This document shows positions 49,831 to 64,000 of a DNA stretch of 64,000 bases, piece by piece. Both the position numbers and the translations under genes were made by a program. Within the stretch, counting starts at the first letter, position 1. Every line of letters begins with the position of its first letter. The stretch is taken from assembly GCA_009103225.1 (NCBI GenBank), contig RHPI01002368.1, positions 525,397 through 589,396 on the forward strand. The letters run 5' to 3'. The notes beneath the pieces are model-generated. The model did not search any database, had not been told where the DNA came from, and was given only the letters and a program-made list of their open reading frames with translations. Source of the stretch: Chlorokybus atmophyticus (taxonomy: Eukaryota; Plantae; Mesostigma and Chlorokybus algae).

Positions 49831-51536
49831 CACACACACACGCACATTCAATAAATTATTATCCAACAGGTTGAGAACAGCCCTGTGCGCGGGCCGTTGT
49901 CAGTATTGCTCTCGACGCACACACATGCACATGTACGCATAGTCGGTACACTACAGTTTTCTGGCTGGATTCAGACGTTGCAATATCAGTTGTATGCAGC
50001 TTGAAAACAGTTACAAAGTGTTGACACAAGAACGTCTTAAAATGTCAGTCTCGGTGTCAGACATTAACGACTTAAACGCATGCTCTTCGCTAGCTCTCCT
50101 ACCGTTAGCAGTGGTGCTAACTTTCAGTCGTAACGAACTGAAACTGCACTGCGTGCACGTTGAGGCTTACAATCACACTTTGGTTAATGAGCAATTCCAT
50201 GAATTTCAATTCACAGGCAATGTCTTATACACATATCTATTATCAAATTGCTGCTAATCAGCGCTGACTAAGAGATTGTATTACTACACAAGCCTGCCGC
50301 ATTGCCCAATACACGAGTAAAGCAGCTTGGCTCGTCTGAAGAATGCCGAAGTATACCAAACTCCCACGCTTCTGCAGTCAGACACAGCCATATACACAGC
50401 TGGATTAACATGCACACATAACACACATGTACTCACCATCTGCGCGCGCGTGCGTGCGTGCGTATGCATGTGCGCGTGCGCGTGCGCGTGGGCATGTGTG
50501 TGTGCCTTCTCTTGCATTGATAACGATGTTGCAGCAGCATAGCGGTGCCTTGCAGCACTCACGTCCAGAACCTTGCAACGAAAACCGGGATGCTCAAAGC
50601 CGCAAGCAACCACGCATGCATATGTATACTGCTGCTCCGCTCATGCGCTCACCTGCTTTGCAGCACGTTCGGCCCGTTGTTTGCCATGTAACTGTCGTGA
50701 AACCCATCGCCATAGCACAGTAGTGATGTACGATCCACCTGAAATGCGACCTTGTCATCATCGAGACAAACGCCTACCCTCTGGCATGGACCTGCCCGTA
50801 GCTTTGCAACTATACCTGGGGATATTGCTGCCGTTCGCTGCAAGCTCAGTCTCTCACAGCGCCAACGCCGTGTAGTACACGGTGTTGGCGATCTGAGAAA
50901 TACAGCACTGCAATGTATGGCGAGCAAGGGTGTGCTCGGCAGCAATGAAAGGGCGTGTTTCACAATAACTTAAATCCAGCGCTCTGAATAGCTCTTACGC
51001 AGCGAGCTCACCTGGCACAGACTGACTGGAAGGGATGCACTCCTTGTGGTTCACATCCAATCCAACTATAAAATGGGAGATTTAAGAAACGTAACTTATG
51101 TTGAACAGCACTTTCAAAAATTGTCATGCAAGCTTGTACACCGTGTAGTGGCTGCTTTGTTCAAGGCTTCAAGAGCAGAGAAAACAGCAGTCGGTGCCAC
51201 ACATTGTCTCTATTAATGTTACAGCTACAGTTACAATAGCTTACAATATCTTTGACGACCTAGGTGCAAAGGCCTTTGAATTGTTCATAGCACAATGTCT
51301 ACTGGTGCGCATAGACACTGGGGAAAGCAAGACGGAATTGCTGCCATTGACAGAATAAGCATGCATGCAACTAACACCAAGCTTGCTGGCATAACACCTA
51401 TGCACGTGCTGAAGCATGCTGCAGTGCCGCGAGTACATAATTTTAATAACTGCAAAACGCAGCAAGCAAAGATGTCACGCAGGAAGCAGAGCGTCACCAA
51501 CACAAAGCCAGCAAGCACTCCAACAAAAAAGTTAGC

Positions 51537-51574
51537 GTGCTACAGCTAGTGAGTATACTCACTAGCTGTAGCAC
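51537..51574. repeat. Perfect 38-bp palindrome
   Basis: gtgctacagctagtgagtatactcactagctgtagcac, overlapped by a 12-bp palindrome cactacgtagtg. Confidence 0.95.
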
Positions 51575-51680
51575 TACGTAGTGAGCAAGCAAATTCCAAC
51601 TGCAGCGGCAAGCTTACAGTTGTCACCAACAGAAACAAAACTATCGCTCCATCAGTATATGACATGATGGTCATGTGCTG

Positions 51681-51747
51681 CAGCTAGCTGAGCAGCAAGC
51701 AACTCTCAATCAACTTGGTTGACAGTTGCTTGCTGCTCAGCTAGCTG
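51681..51747. repeat. 67-nt near-perfect hairpin
   Basis: 24-bp perfect arms cagctagctgagcagcaagcaact / agttgcttgctgctcagctagctg. Pairing continues inward with few mismatches. Confidence 0.9.
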
Positions 51748-52319
51748 TATGCTTCCAGCTGTCGTAGAGCTGGAACTACAGGCACCAATGAAACAAACCT
51801 AGCAAGCACTTGGTTCAGGAACATGAGCTGCGTGCTACAGCTAGCTAGCTGAACATAAAAGCGTTCAGTAGGGTGCTTTCACGGTAAGCTGCAATCAATG
51901 TCACACTGACGGTCATGTGTTTTCACCTTCAAGGTTTTGATGTGTGACTGGAGCACGCTCTTCAAGCCATACGGTGTGAGGAGACTGCAGCTGCAGACTG
52001 CCGCTCGGTGCTTGTCGGCGCTTAGCTAGCCGTGCGTCCAGCTGAAGCAAGCGCAGTTTGCTTTCTCCTTCTCCTCCGCCTCTGCTACTACTACTGCTAC
52101 TACTTGTCTAGCATCCTCCATTGTCATGGGATGATTGCATGAAACACTGGCAGATTGTTTGATACAAACCTGGCTGCGCTTTCAACAGCTCCTGCCCAAG
52201 CTATGCCCCCCTGCCTGAACGTCGCCTTTGCCTGCTACTGCTTACAATTTGCCGCCTGCTTGCAATTGCTACCTACTGCTGTAACTGCCGCCTACTACCA
52301 CCGCCTGCTGAAAGCAATT

Positions 52320-55128
52320 ACCTGGTATGCTGCTCAGGCTCTGGGCCCTTCCCATGCATGCGGCCATGCAATGCTTGTACACTAACGGGAATAACGATGG
52401 GCATTACCGCTAGATGTACATGCAAAAGAATGAAGTCACATCATTGGCACCCGAATCTATGAAAGCAACAGGCGTAATTAGGGTTTGCCACGTGCATGCG
52501 GCAGCGTGCATGTGGTGCAGGGTTGTCGCCGTGCCGGAGGGGGAGGGGCTGCAAGAGCATGGGGACGAGGAAGGAGGTAGAAGAGACGTAGAGCAAGGAG
52601 AGAGCAGGAACGCTGGAAGCGAGCAGGCCCCACTCATTATTGCCATGATGGCCACGGTATGTTTGATTGCTTTTTGCCTTGGCCGATGTTATAGTCTGGT
52701 GCAACGAGCATGATTGACATCAGGAGTATGCTACACAGTGCATTGACAGATCTGATTAAAGCGTAGTACCAGAATGACACATGCGCATCATGCGCTTGCA
52801 TAAACGCAGTCAGCAGCCGCCAAGAACGGCGATGTGCACTGCGATGCTCGTTGTGCCGGAGCCCACCTCTTGGCCTGAATCACTGCCATGCACGTAATGC
52901 AAGTCATGCATGGCATGCGGTGGTAGTCACTAGCAGCGTTTCGTCCACACTTGTGCAACATACCTGTGTCCCATGTACACAGTATGCATACTAGTATGGT
53001 TTTCAATCGCCGCACACAATGCGTTCACGTGGACAATCACACCGTGTGATGGGCCACAGCTACAGACGCACACATCAGGATCCGTGCGTGCTCATACCAC
53101 GCATGCGCCATGCAACTGTCATTGCACCCGAGCACGCATGTGCATGCCCGCGCGCGCACAAGCCCACACACATGCGTGCACACAAGCGCACCCACATATA
53201 GGTGCTGATGAACAGTTTCTGCTATTTCGGGAGCAGTCTCAGCAACTGTAGAAATGGTAGAGCACGTGGTGATTGTTATCCGTGAGGTCGCGTAATGTGT
53301 GTGTGTGTGTGTGTGAAGAAAGGGAGAAGCAAACATTTGCGGGATTGAAGGACTCCTTCAATGGCGGCCATCAGCGTGCAACAACAATAAAGACAGTTCT
53401 ATCAGCAGGGGCGTTGGCAGGTTTGTGTCTTGTGTTGGTTTGTGTGTGTGCGCGCGTGCGGGTGCGCGCGTGGGTGAGAGATAGTTAACACAGACGGGCA
53501 GCCTTTGTCAACAGCAGCTTCATTCAATACTGCGCACATTGGAGGCTCACCAGCCGCAGCAGTTGAAGGTGAGCCTGCAATGGCGGAACCGGCATCAGCG
53601 TACTGCCAGCAGTGTGCTCGCAATGCTGGTCGTCAGTTTGTGGTCGGCTGCTATCAACACTACTTGCATTGCCCCTGCTGCTCCCGCCAGGCTGGGATGG
53701 CTGCAGAAGGGCGTCAAACTGTCGNNNNNNNNNNACCTGGTATGCTGCTCAGGCTCTGGGCCCTTCCCATGCATGCGGCCATGCAATGCTTGTACACTAA
53801 CGGGAATAACGATGGGCATTACCGCTAGATGTACATGCAAAAGAATGAAGTCACATCATTGGCACCCGAATCTATGAAAGCAACAGGCGTAATTAGGGTT
53901 TGCCACGTGCATGCGGCAGCGTGCATGTGGTGCAGGGTTGTCGCCGTGCCGGAGGGGGAGGGGCTGCAAGAGCATGGGGACGAGGAAGGAGGTAGAAGAG
54001 ACGTAGAGCAGGAACGCTGGAAGCGAGCAGGCCCCACTCATTATTGCCATGATGGCCACGGTATGTTTGATTGCTTTTTGCCTTGGCCGATGTTATAGTC
54101 TGGTGCAACGAGCATGATTGACATCAGGAGTATGCTACACAGTGCATTGACAGATCTGATTAAAGCGTAGTACCAGAATGACACATGCGCATCATGCGCT
54201 TGCATAAACGCAGTCAGCAGCCGCCAAGAACGGCGATGTGCACTGCGATGCTCGTTGTGCCGGAGCCCACCTCTTGGCCTGAATCACTGCCATGCACGTA
54301 ATGCAAGTCATGCATGGCATGCGGTGGTAGTCACTAGCAGCGTTTCGTCCACACTTGTGCAACATACCTGTGTCCCATGTACACAGTATGCATACTAGTA
54401 TGGTTTTCAATCGCCGCACACAATGCGTTCACGTGGACAATCACACCGTGTGATGGGCCACAGCTACAGACGCACACATCAGGATCCGTGCGTGCTCATA
54501 CCACGCATGCGCCATGCAACTGTCATTGCACCCGAGCACGCATGTGCATGCCCGCGCGCGCACAAGCCCACACACATGCGTGCACACAAGCGCACCCACA
54601 TATAGGTGCTGATGAACAGTTTCTGCTATTTCGGGAGCAGTCTCAGCAACTGTAGAAATGGTAGAGCACGTGGTGATTGTTATCCGTGAGGTCGCGTAAT
54701 GTGTGTGTGTGTGTGTGTGAAGAAAGGGAGAAGCAAACATTTGCGGGATTGAAGGACTCCTTCAATGGCGGCCATCAGCGTGCAACAACAATAAAGACAG
54801 TTCTATCAGCAGGGGCGTTGGCAGGTTTGTGTCTTGTGTTGGTTTGTGTGTGTGCGCGCGTGCGGGTGCGCGCGTGGGTGAGAGATAGTTAACACAGACG
54901 GGCAGCCTTTGTCAACAGCAGCTTCATTCAATACTGCGCACATTGGAGGCTCACCAGCCGCAGCAGTTGAAGGTGAGCCTGCAATGGCGGAACCGGCATC
55001 AGCGTACTGCCAGCAGTGTGCTCGCAATGCTGGTCGTCAGTTTGTGGTCGGCTGCTATCAACACTACTTGCATTGCCCCTGCTGCTCCCGCCAGGCTGGG
55101 ATGGCTGCAGAAGGGCGTCAAACTGTCG
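52320..55128. repeat. About 1.4-kb near-identical tandem duplication joined by a 10-N gap
   Basis: 52320-53724 matches 53735-55128. The only difference I noticed is an 11-bp indel (gtagagcaaggagagagcagg vs gtagagcagg). Confidence 0.92.
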
Positions 55129-55655
55129 ACAAGACAGAAGGGCAAGGCAAAGGCGAAATCAGTAAGCGCTACCCTCACCTGCCTTCAACGCACAAGTAAC
55201 GCACATCACGAGTGATGGTGTGTTGTGGGGCTGTTGTGGGCTCGCAAGGGACTGAGCAGCGATGCTTGCATGTGCATTTGCGACTTGCTGTACTCTGTAT
55301 ATGAGGACTGCATGTGAGGGGTTGCAGCTGCTACACCAAGCAAGTACAGGTACAGACAGAGCTTGTCAGCACTCTGCTCTTGTTGGCGCCTTGGTCACAC
55401 TCATACCCTGTAGCATATACTCACCACAAACTTGCATCAACAACCCCTGCAACAAGCAATAGAATCGAAAGTAGAGCATTCAGCGAGTGGCTCGTGCAGC
55501 AATATGCTGATATGTTTACTACACAGAGCTCAGCTTATATATAGGGTATATGTGGCACACAGCTACTGGTGCCCACACAACACCGTTGATACGTGTACCA
55601 TGAGGCTATTCATCATAATAAGCTTCATATGTTCATGAGTTATGAACATACCCAC

Positions 55656-56913
55656 TCAGACAGGAAGTGCACTCGAGTCAGGGTTCAATGATGGTTGTGG
55701 CGCTTCCCCTCTGCTCCCTCCCCCTTGCTCTGACCTTGTTGATGTGGTTGTGGTTGTCATACTGGCTGAAGTGGTTGCAGCAGGAGCAGCATATTCTACA
55801 CCTGAATCTTCCTTCCCACGATGACACCTCCACCCTGTATAGACCGCAATGACAGCTGCACACCAACCAGACAAACCAATTGAGTATAATGTCTCAGCAA
55901 CATGCATAAGAGCCAGCTGCGTGTCATACAAGAAGGATGAGATGTGATGTTGTGAATTTGACCAATGTAACAACAACAAAGAGTGTGTACTCCATACCTA
56001 ACAGCAATGCCACCGGAAGTAGGGGTCCCAGTGGCACAGGTAGCACCTGTACATTCAGAAAAGCATTGAGAGGATGATGCAGTACGTGTATGCACTTACG
56101 TACATATTGCCCAAATACAACGTGTACTTACCGCAAATAAACAGATAATGAAGGCAGCCACAGAGAATACGGCAAGGAGTATATCGCAGCAGGATCTATA
56201 CCAAGGAGGCAATATGAAAGTGCTGCTTTGGTTGGACCCTGGACTAGAAAAAGCCAAAAGCCATTGTCAGTGAAGAGAGTTTGCTGCGAAATCACATGAC
56301 AGAGTGGTTCTGTTCATCAAGGCAACCTTCACCTACCTGACTGGTGGTTGCGGAGGGATACCATCCACAATTACATGTGTGGACACCACACCGCTTTCAT
56401 CAACTTGCATCACTACTTGAAGCCCATCTGTGGGCTGAGCGCACAGAGACATTGTCAATACGCTATTTTCACTCCTCACAAAGTGTGTGCGTGCGTGCAT
56501 GCGCGCGTGCGTGTGCGTGTGCGTGTGCGTGTGTGTCTTGCCAGCAACTCGTTGTTGATCTCTGTGTCGCACAGCTCGCACTGCTTCGATTGCTTGACGG
56601 CTCCAAACCACGCTTGTGCGCACTGCGCATGAGCCAAACCCAAGTCTCCCTTACAGGCGCAACCCAGGGACACCAGCTCCCAAACAGGCTTGCCCAACTG
56701 CACACACAACTCTTTGAGTCAGCCATTGGCAGCACACACACACAGTACTACTAACAGTTGCAACATGTTCACATGCTGCAGCAGTGTCACAGACACTGAC
56801 ACTGACATTGTGTCAGCCTCTTGGGTGTGGTGTGCATGCAGAATGCACTGTACCTGGCATATGCGGCAGACTGGCTCTCCGCCAGTACCATCATATGCAT
56901 CGTCTATGAACAT
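55656..56913 (-). CDS. RING-CH E3 ligase with two TM helices, copy 4, six exons, intact if intron 2 uses a GC donor
   Basis: MFIDDAYDGTGGEPVCRICQ|LGKPVWELVSLGCACKGDLGLAHAQCAQAWF..CELCDTEINNELL|PTDGLQVV..|PGSNQSS..DILLAVFSVAAFIICLFA|VLPVPLGPLLPVALLL|AVIAVYTG..SSALPV*. The intron 2 donor reads GCAAGA where the paralogues have GTAAGA. Confidence 0.78.
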
Positions 56914-57445
56914 GGCTGGCGCCGCCGCCGCTGTGTGCCAGCAGCTTGAGAGGGGCTTTCGTCTGTCTGTCTCGCGGCGACTAGACCACACCAGCGCTGG
57001 CACTGGGACAAGCGCCAACTTGCAAGGGCCACCACAACACGGCCAGTTGGCCGCTTGCGAGTGGAAGCCTAGAAGCGAGTGAGGCTGCCGCCCCTCACAC
57101 CAACACGCACCACGCCACCACCACTACCAACAATAGCAACAACAACGCCGTCGCCGTCGCCGTCGCCGCGCGTTGTCTTGTCTTCTCTGGCAAGCTGCTT
57201 TGCTGCTTTTTTGCCAGAACACGCCTGGGCGGTTGCTCGCGGCACCAGTCAGCTAGCACTTTACTAGATGGCAGCTGCAGGCGCGCCGGCCTCGTATGAC
57301 TCAGCAACTGAAGCTTAGCAATCGCCTGAAAAAGCTGCCGCGGGGAGGCGTCAGCTTGTGCCAACATTTCTTGATATCAGGACAGGGGAGGCCTCGTAGG
57401 ACGTTCAACCGACGCAGTGGTACAAGGGTGCTCAGCTACCACACG

Positions 57446-60331
<2,886 letters not shown>

Positions 60332-60766
60332 ACCACAAGGAACCACTTGTTTCGATAGATTAATGCTTTCAAGGCTCTTTACAGTGTACAATTGCATAAC
60401 TATCATAGCAAGGAAGGGTAAGTAGCTTGGCACTGTCCATGAACCACTTCACATGATGACATCAAACCCGACAACAAACATGCACGCATTCCTTCATATA
60501 TACATTATTGTTGATGAAAGACGACAACACCAATTGGTGTAAGAGAGAAAACACTTTTTTCACCATTTCTTGGTTTCATGCCATAGAATAAGCACAATCA
60601 ATGTAAGGTGTTAAAATGAGGACATAATTTTTACTATATTGTCGGCACTGATTGTACAAGTATGCATTGCCAATCACGCGTATTGGCAATGCACTCACGT
60701 AAGTGCATTGCCAATATGCCTGATTGGCAGTGCGTTTACGAACCCCCCAATATTCAACGCATGCAG

Positions 60767-61717
60767 TGTCACGCCTATAAGGCTGGCACGAGTCATTCTC
60801 TGTTCGTTACTTCTGTTGTAAGATGAGACTTAGTGGGGACTCCGTGGGGACTCACGGAATTCTATATAAGCAAGTGTAGTGCTTATGGGGTATCCCCTCA
60901 TGTGGGACTATTCATGCTCATATTGCCTTGAGTATGATGAACCACACAAGGCATTGATGAGGGTTGGCACAGAGCGGGTCAGTGCCTAAGGCTCTGTGAG
61001 TCTTAACCTACGAGTTGCCACAGTAAGTGACAGCTCTAATTGAAAGAGCCAAGTTGGCAAATTACAGTATCTGTACGGTATAGACTGTACCGTGATAGTG
61101 CGATTTGCCACAGATGTGACAACTGCAAGGCTAAGTGATGCCTGTGGGCAATCTGCAAGTACTGCTGGATTAAGAGAGCATAAGTTTGTAATTCTAAGGT
61201 AGAATTGTTACTCATACGAAACACCGATGGCGTTTACTATTCTCGAGGTTGATGTCCCGTGTTGGACAAGGTTAGCTTGTGCTGATAGGTCAGCACACGG
61301 TGACAAGGCCTTGAGGGCCTTGGACATCCTGTGTGCCAGGTCAAGAGAGCAGCAAGTGGTATAAATGCTTGATAGCAACCTTAAGTAGGGATCCGATCTG
61401 AGTCAAAGTGTCAAGTGGTGAACGGTTCACCACTTGAGGGCCACTTGTGTGTGGGGTGCCTGGCTGTCAGCTGTTGAAGGGGCTCTCAAGAGGGGGGGAC
61501 CCCTCATCCCTTGTGGGGTGGGGTGGGGTGGGTGTGAGTGTGTTGGGCGTAGGTGTGGCTGGGGCTGGAGCTGTAGGAAGAGGTTGGTGGTCATCCTCTC
61601 CTCCCTTGTTGCGCTGTTGCAACTTCTCCACACGATGCTGGCTGGGCTGCCGCTCCTTGCTGCTTTTGCATAAATTTGTGAAGCCCCGACCAGCAAGTAA
61701 ATAGTGGTATCGTTACA
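60767..61717 (+). mobile_element. Solo LTR with 5-bp TSD TGCAG
   Basis: TGTCACGCC...GGTATCGTTACA. TGCAG lies at 60762-60766 and 61718-61722. A TATA-like gtataaat is near 61360. Confidence 0.9.
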
Positions 61718-61833
61718 TGCAGTGCACGCAATTGTCATTATCACACCGCTTAATGTCCACATATCATAATGATGAGCAAGCGTATGTGCGTGCATGCATG
61801 CGCGTGCATTTAAGTGTGTGTGTGCACGTGCAC

Positions 61834-62040
61834 ACATGCACTCACAGGCCGTGTGGCACTGTGCGCATACAGGCCCCTTGTGCAGGTGTGTACGCATGTG
61901 TGCGTGTGTGCATGTGTATGTCATATGCTTGCCCTTTGACATGCACTCACAGGCCGTGTGGCATTGTGCGCATACAGGCCCCTTGTGCATGTGTGTACGC
62001 ATGTGTGCGTGTGTGCACGTGTATGTCATATGCTTGCCCT
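61834..62040. repeat. 105-bp tandem repeat, two copies
   Basis: acatgcactcacaggccgtgtggca.tgtgcgcatacaggccccttgtgca... starts at 61834 and again at 61939. Confidence 0.9.
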
Positions 62041-64000
62041 GTAACTCGTGAGCTTCCACGAAATTGGCCACCGTGGTGAACCCTTGAAAAAACGGGAGCC
62101 TCCGACGTTATGAATACTTGTTTTCAATACCGGGTATTGATAACAAGTACCATCGTGATAGTTGTTGGCAATCGTGTTGCTACCAACAATACGGTGCTGC
62201 CGTAGCACTACTACAACAAAACGCTGAACTTATACAAAGTAAGCTATCCGATACACGCCGATGTGTTTTTAGGCTTGTGCACTGCACCGTTAGTGCTGGT
62301 GCCAGCAACTTCTGCGAAATCGTTAAAAACTGCACGCCTCGTGACCTTGCGCGCTTTTGCAGCTGTAGAGGGTTCCATCAGGTAACATATAAGCTACTTA
62401 TGCGTCACGCGGCGTGCAACACTCGGTGTGCCAAGCCAACCACCCCAAACTTTTGCTCCAACGCGCGCAGGTGCAGACGTTCACTCTATTTTTTAAATAC
62501 TCACCAATGTTAGAATGGTACCTTATACAAGAGTCATTGCAGTACTCAAGCTTAAGCTAATACTTTTTGCTGGATTGCACGGTTTCACTTCTGCTTTACT
62601 AATGTTGGCTGAGGCACCTTTGATTGCTAGTTTGCATACTCCTCTTGTATTGGTAATGTGCCACGCCGGCGGTGGGTGAGTGTAACATCCGCGCCTTACT
62701 AATAGGCCATGGCAGCAAAAGTCGTTACCAAAGGTGGAGATACAGCCATTTATGTGACACGAAAAGTGTGATGGGTGGTGGTGCATGTGGTGGCAGTGAC
62801 ATGATCCCTATGGTGGCACTTCGGCACCACGCGGTGTGCTCGATGCAGGCATGCACATGGGATTTATGAATTCTTATTTGCAGGTTATCATTGTGTGAAC
62901 ATATGCATGCATATGTATGCGAAGGTGCTTTGCACGCATGCATATGTGCACACGCACATGCATTATGACATGTGCACACAAGTGAGCTTATTAGTATTAA
63001 CACATGTGTGGATAGTTATGCCACCAACAACTTGTAAAATTGTATCTCACAAAACTTTGTATATGCACAGAACTTTCCAAACAAGTGGCAAAGTTGCTAG
63101 CCAAGCAAACTCACCGGATTACCTAACAGACTCTGCCAAGTAATTTTAGTTATGTTCATGAAGTTGATAAAAGTTTAAATGGTTTGCATAGCAGCTTGCA
63201 AAGCAGCTGTGCAGTATATCATATATGCAATATATGTTGAATACATTGAATGGCAACAATTTATGACTTTTATGTTGACGTTTAACGTACCATTATAAAA
63301 CGGCTCCTGTGGTTTGCACATCGTTTCCTCATGACATATGCACATTCATGAATGCAATACGCGATGATAAAAATCATATTCAACAACTACTTTCCGTATA
63401 TATTATATGTATGATATGGGTACGTAGACAAGCTTCATGTCCGCACGTACAATCATATGCGTTTTATTGTCAATAACGTATGATGCGCACTGACACATGG
63501 CATGTTGGTATATATCGGTACGTGGACAAGCTTCCCATTCGCACATACACATACATGCGTTTGATGTTATTAATATATGCTGCGCATTTAATGCCACGTT
63601 GGCACATGCATGCCGTGCACTGCATAGGTTGGCAGCCTAAGTGCGCCTACACACATTTACGCACACCCACAAGTATCACATTACATGTAAACGACACGCT
63701 CACATGGAAGATGCAATTGAACATGTGCGCGCATTGCATCTTTTCGTTCGTATGTTTTTTATGCTGTTCATAAAGCTGGGCTGAAGCTGTCACGAGGCAG
63801 TTGTTCACGCAAGGCGAAATGTATGTCGCTATATCACATGTGGTTTAACAACGTCAAAGTGATCATGAGTCATTAATGATAGTAAATAAACACACGTGAT
63901 ACTGGCATCACAAATAGAGTGCATGACTCATTGAATGCTATAGACATGCTGCAATACAATGAATTATTGTTATGGCAAGTAGAGGCATGGAGATATTGTT

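Noticed and set aside
49990-51200. Short ORFs that might be transposase debris
   Set aside because: No recognisable motif; cannot be supported without a search.
62640-62770. FSCHINGCISTF, resembling the start of a C2H2 finger
   Set aside because: No properly spaced His pair and no supporting exon context.

Overview
Intron-rich, repeat-dense eukaryotic DNA from a gapped assembly (six N runs or single Ns, long microsatellites). Plant-type FRO, RLK/Pelle kinase and RING-CH genes point to a streptophyte, probably a green alga (inference). No rRNA, tRNA or CRISPR seen. The first third is a transposon graveyard. It holds a gag/protease remnant and an intron-containing Sola2-like DDE transposase pseudogene (minus strand, about 2.4-5.3 kb). 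Divergent from that transposase is the most unusual object in the window: a decayed spliced gene (plus strand, about 9.0-13.85 kb) that fuses a ParB-like domain, a beta-class N4C/N6A DNA methyltransferase and a C-terminal PHD-like finger. Next come a gag remnant, Ty3/gypsy, LINE and solo-LTR remnants. From 25 to 57 kb lies a birth-and-death cluster of RING-CH (MARCH-type) two-TM E3 ligase genes: three look intact, one is frameshifted and one is a fragment. They are interleaved with five decayed ferric reductase oxidase (FRO) copies, an RLK/Pelle kinase pseudogene, a MITE and several palindromes. The window ends with a 2.9 kb long-TIR element and a TSD-flanked solo LTR. All domain calls are by-eye motif recognition; no searches were run.
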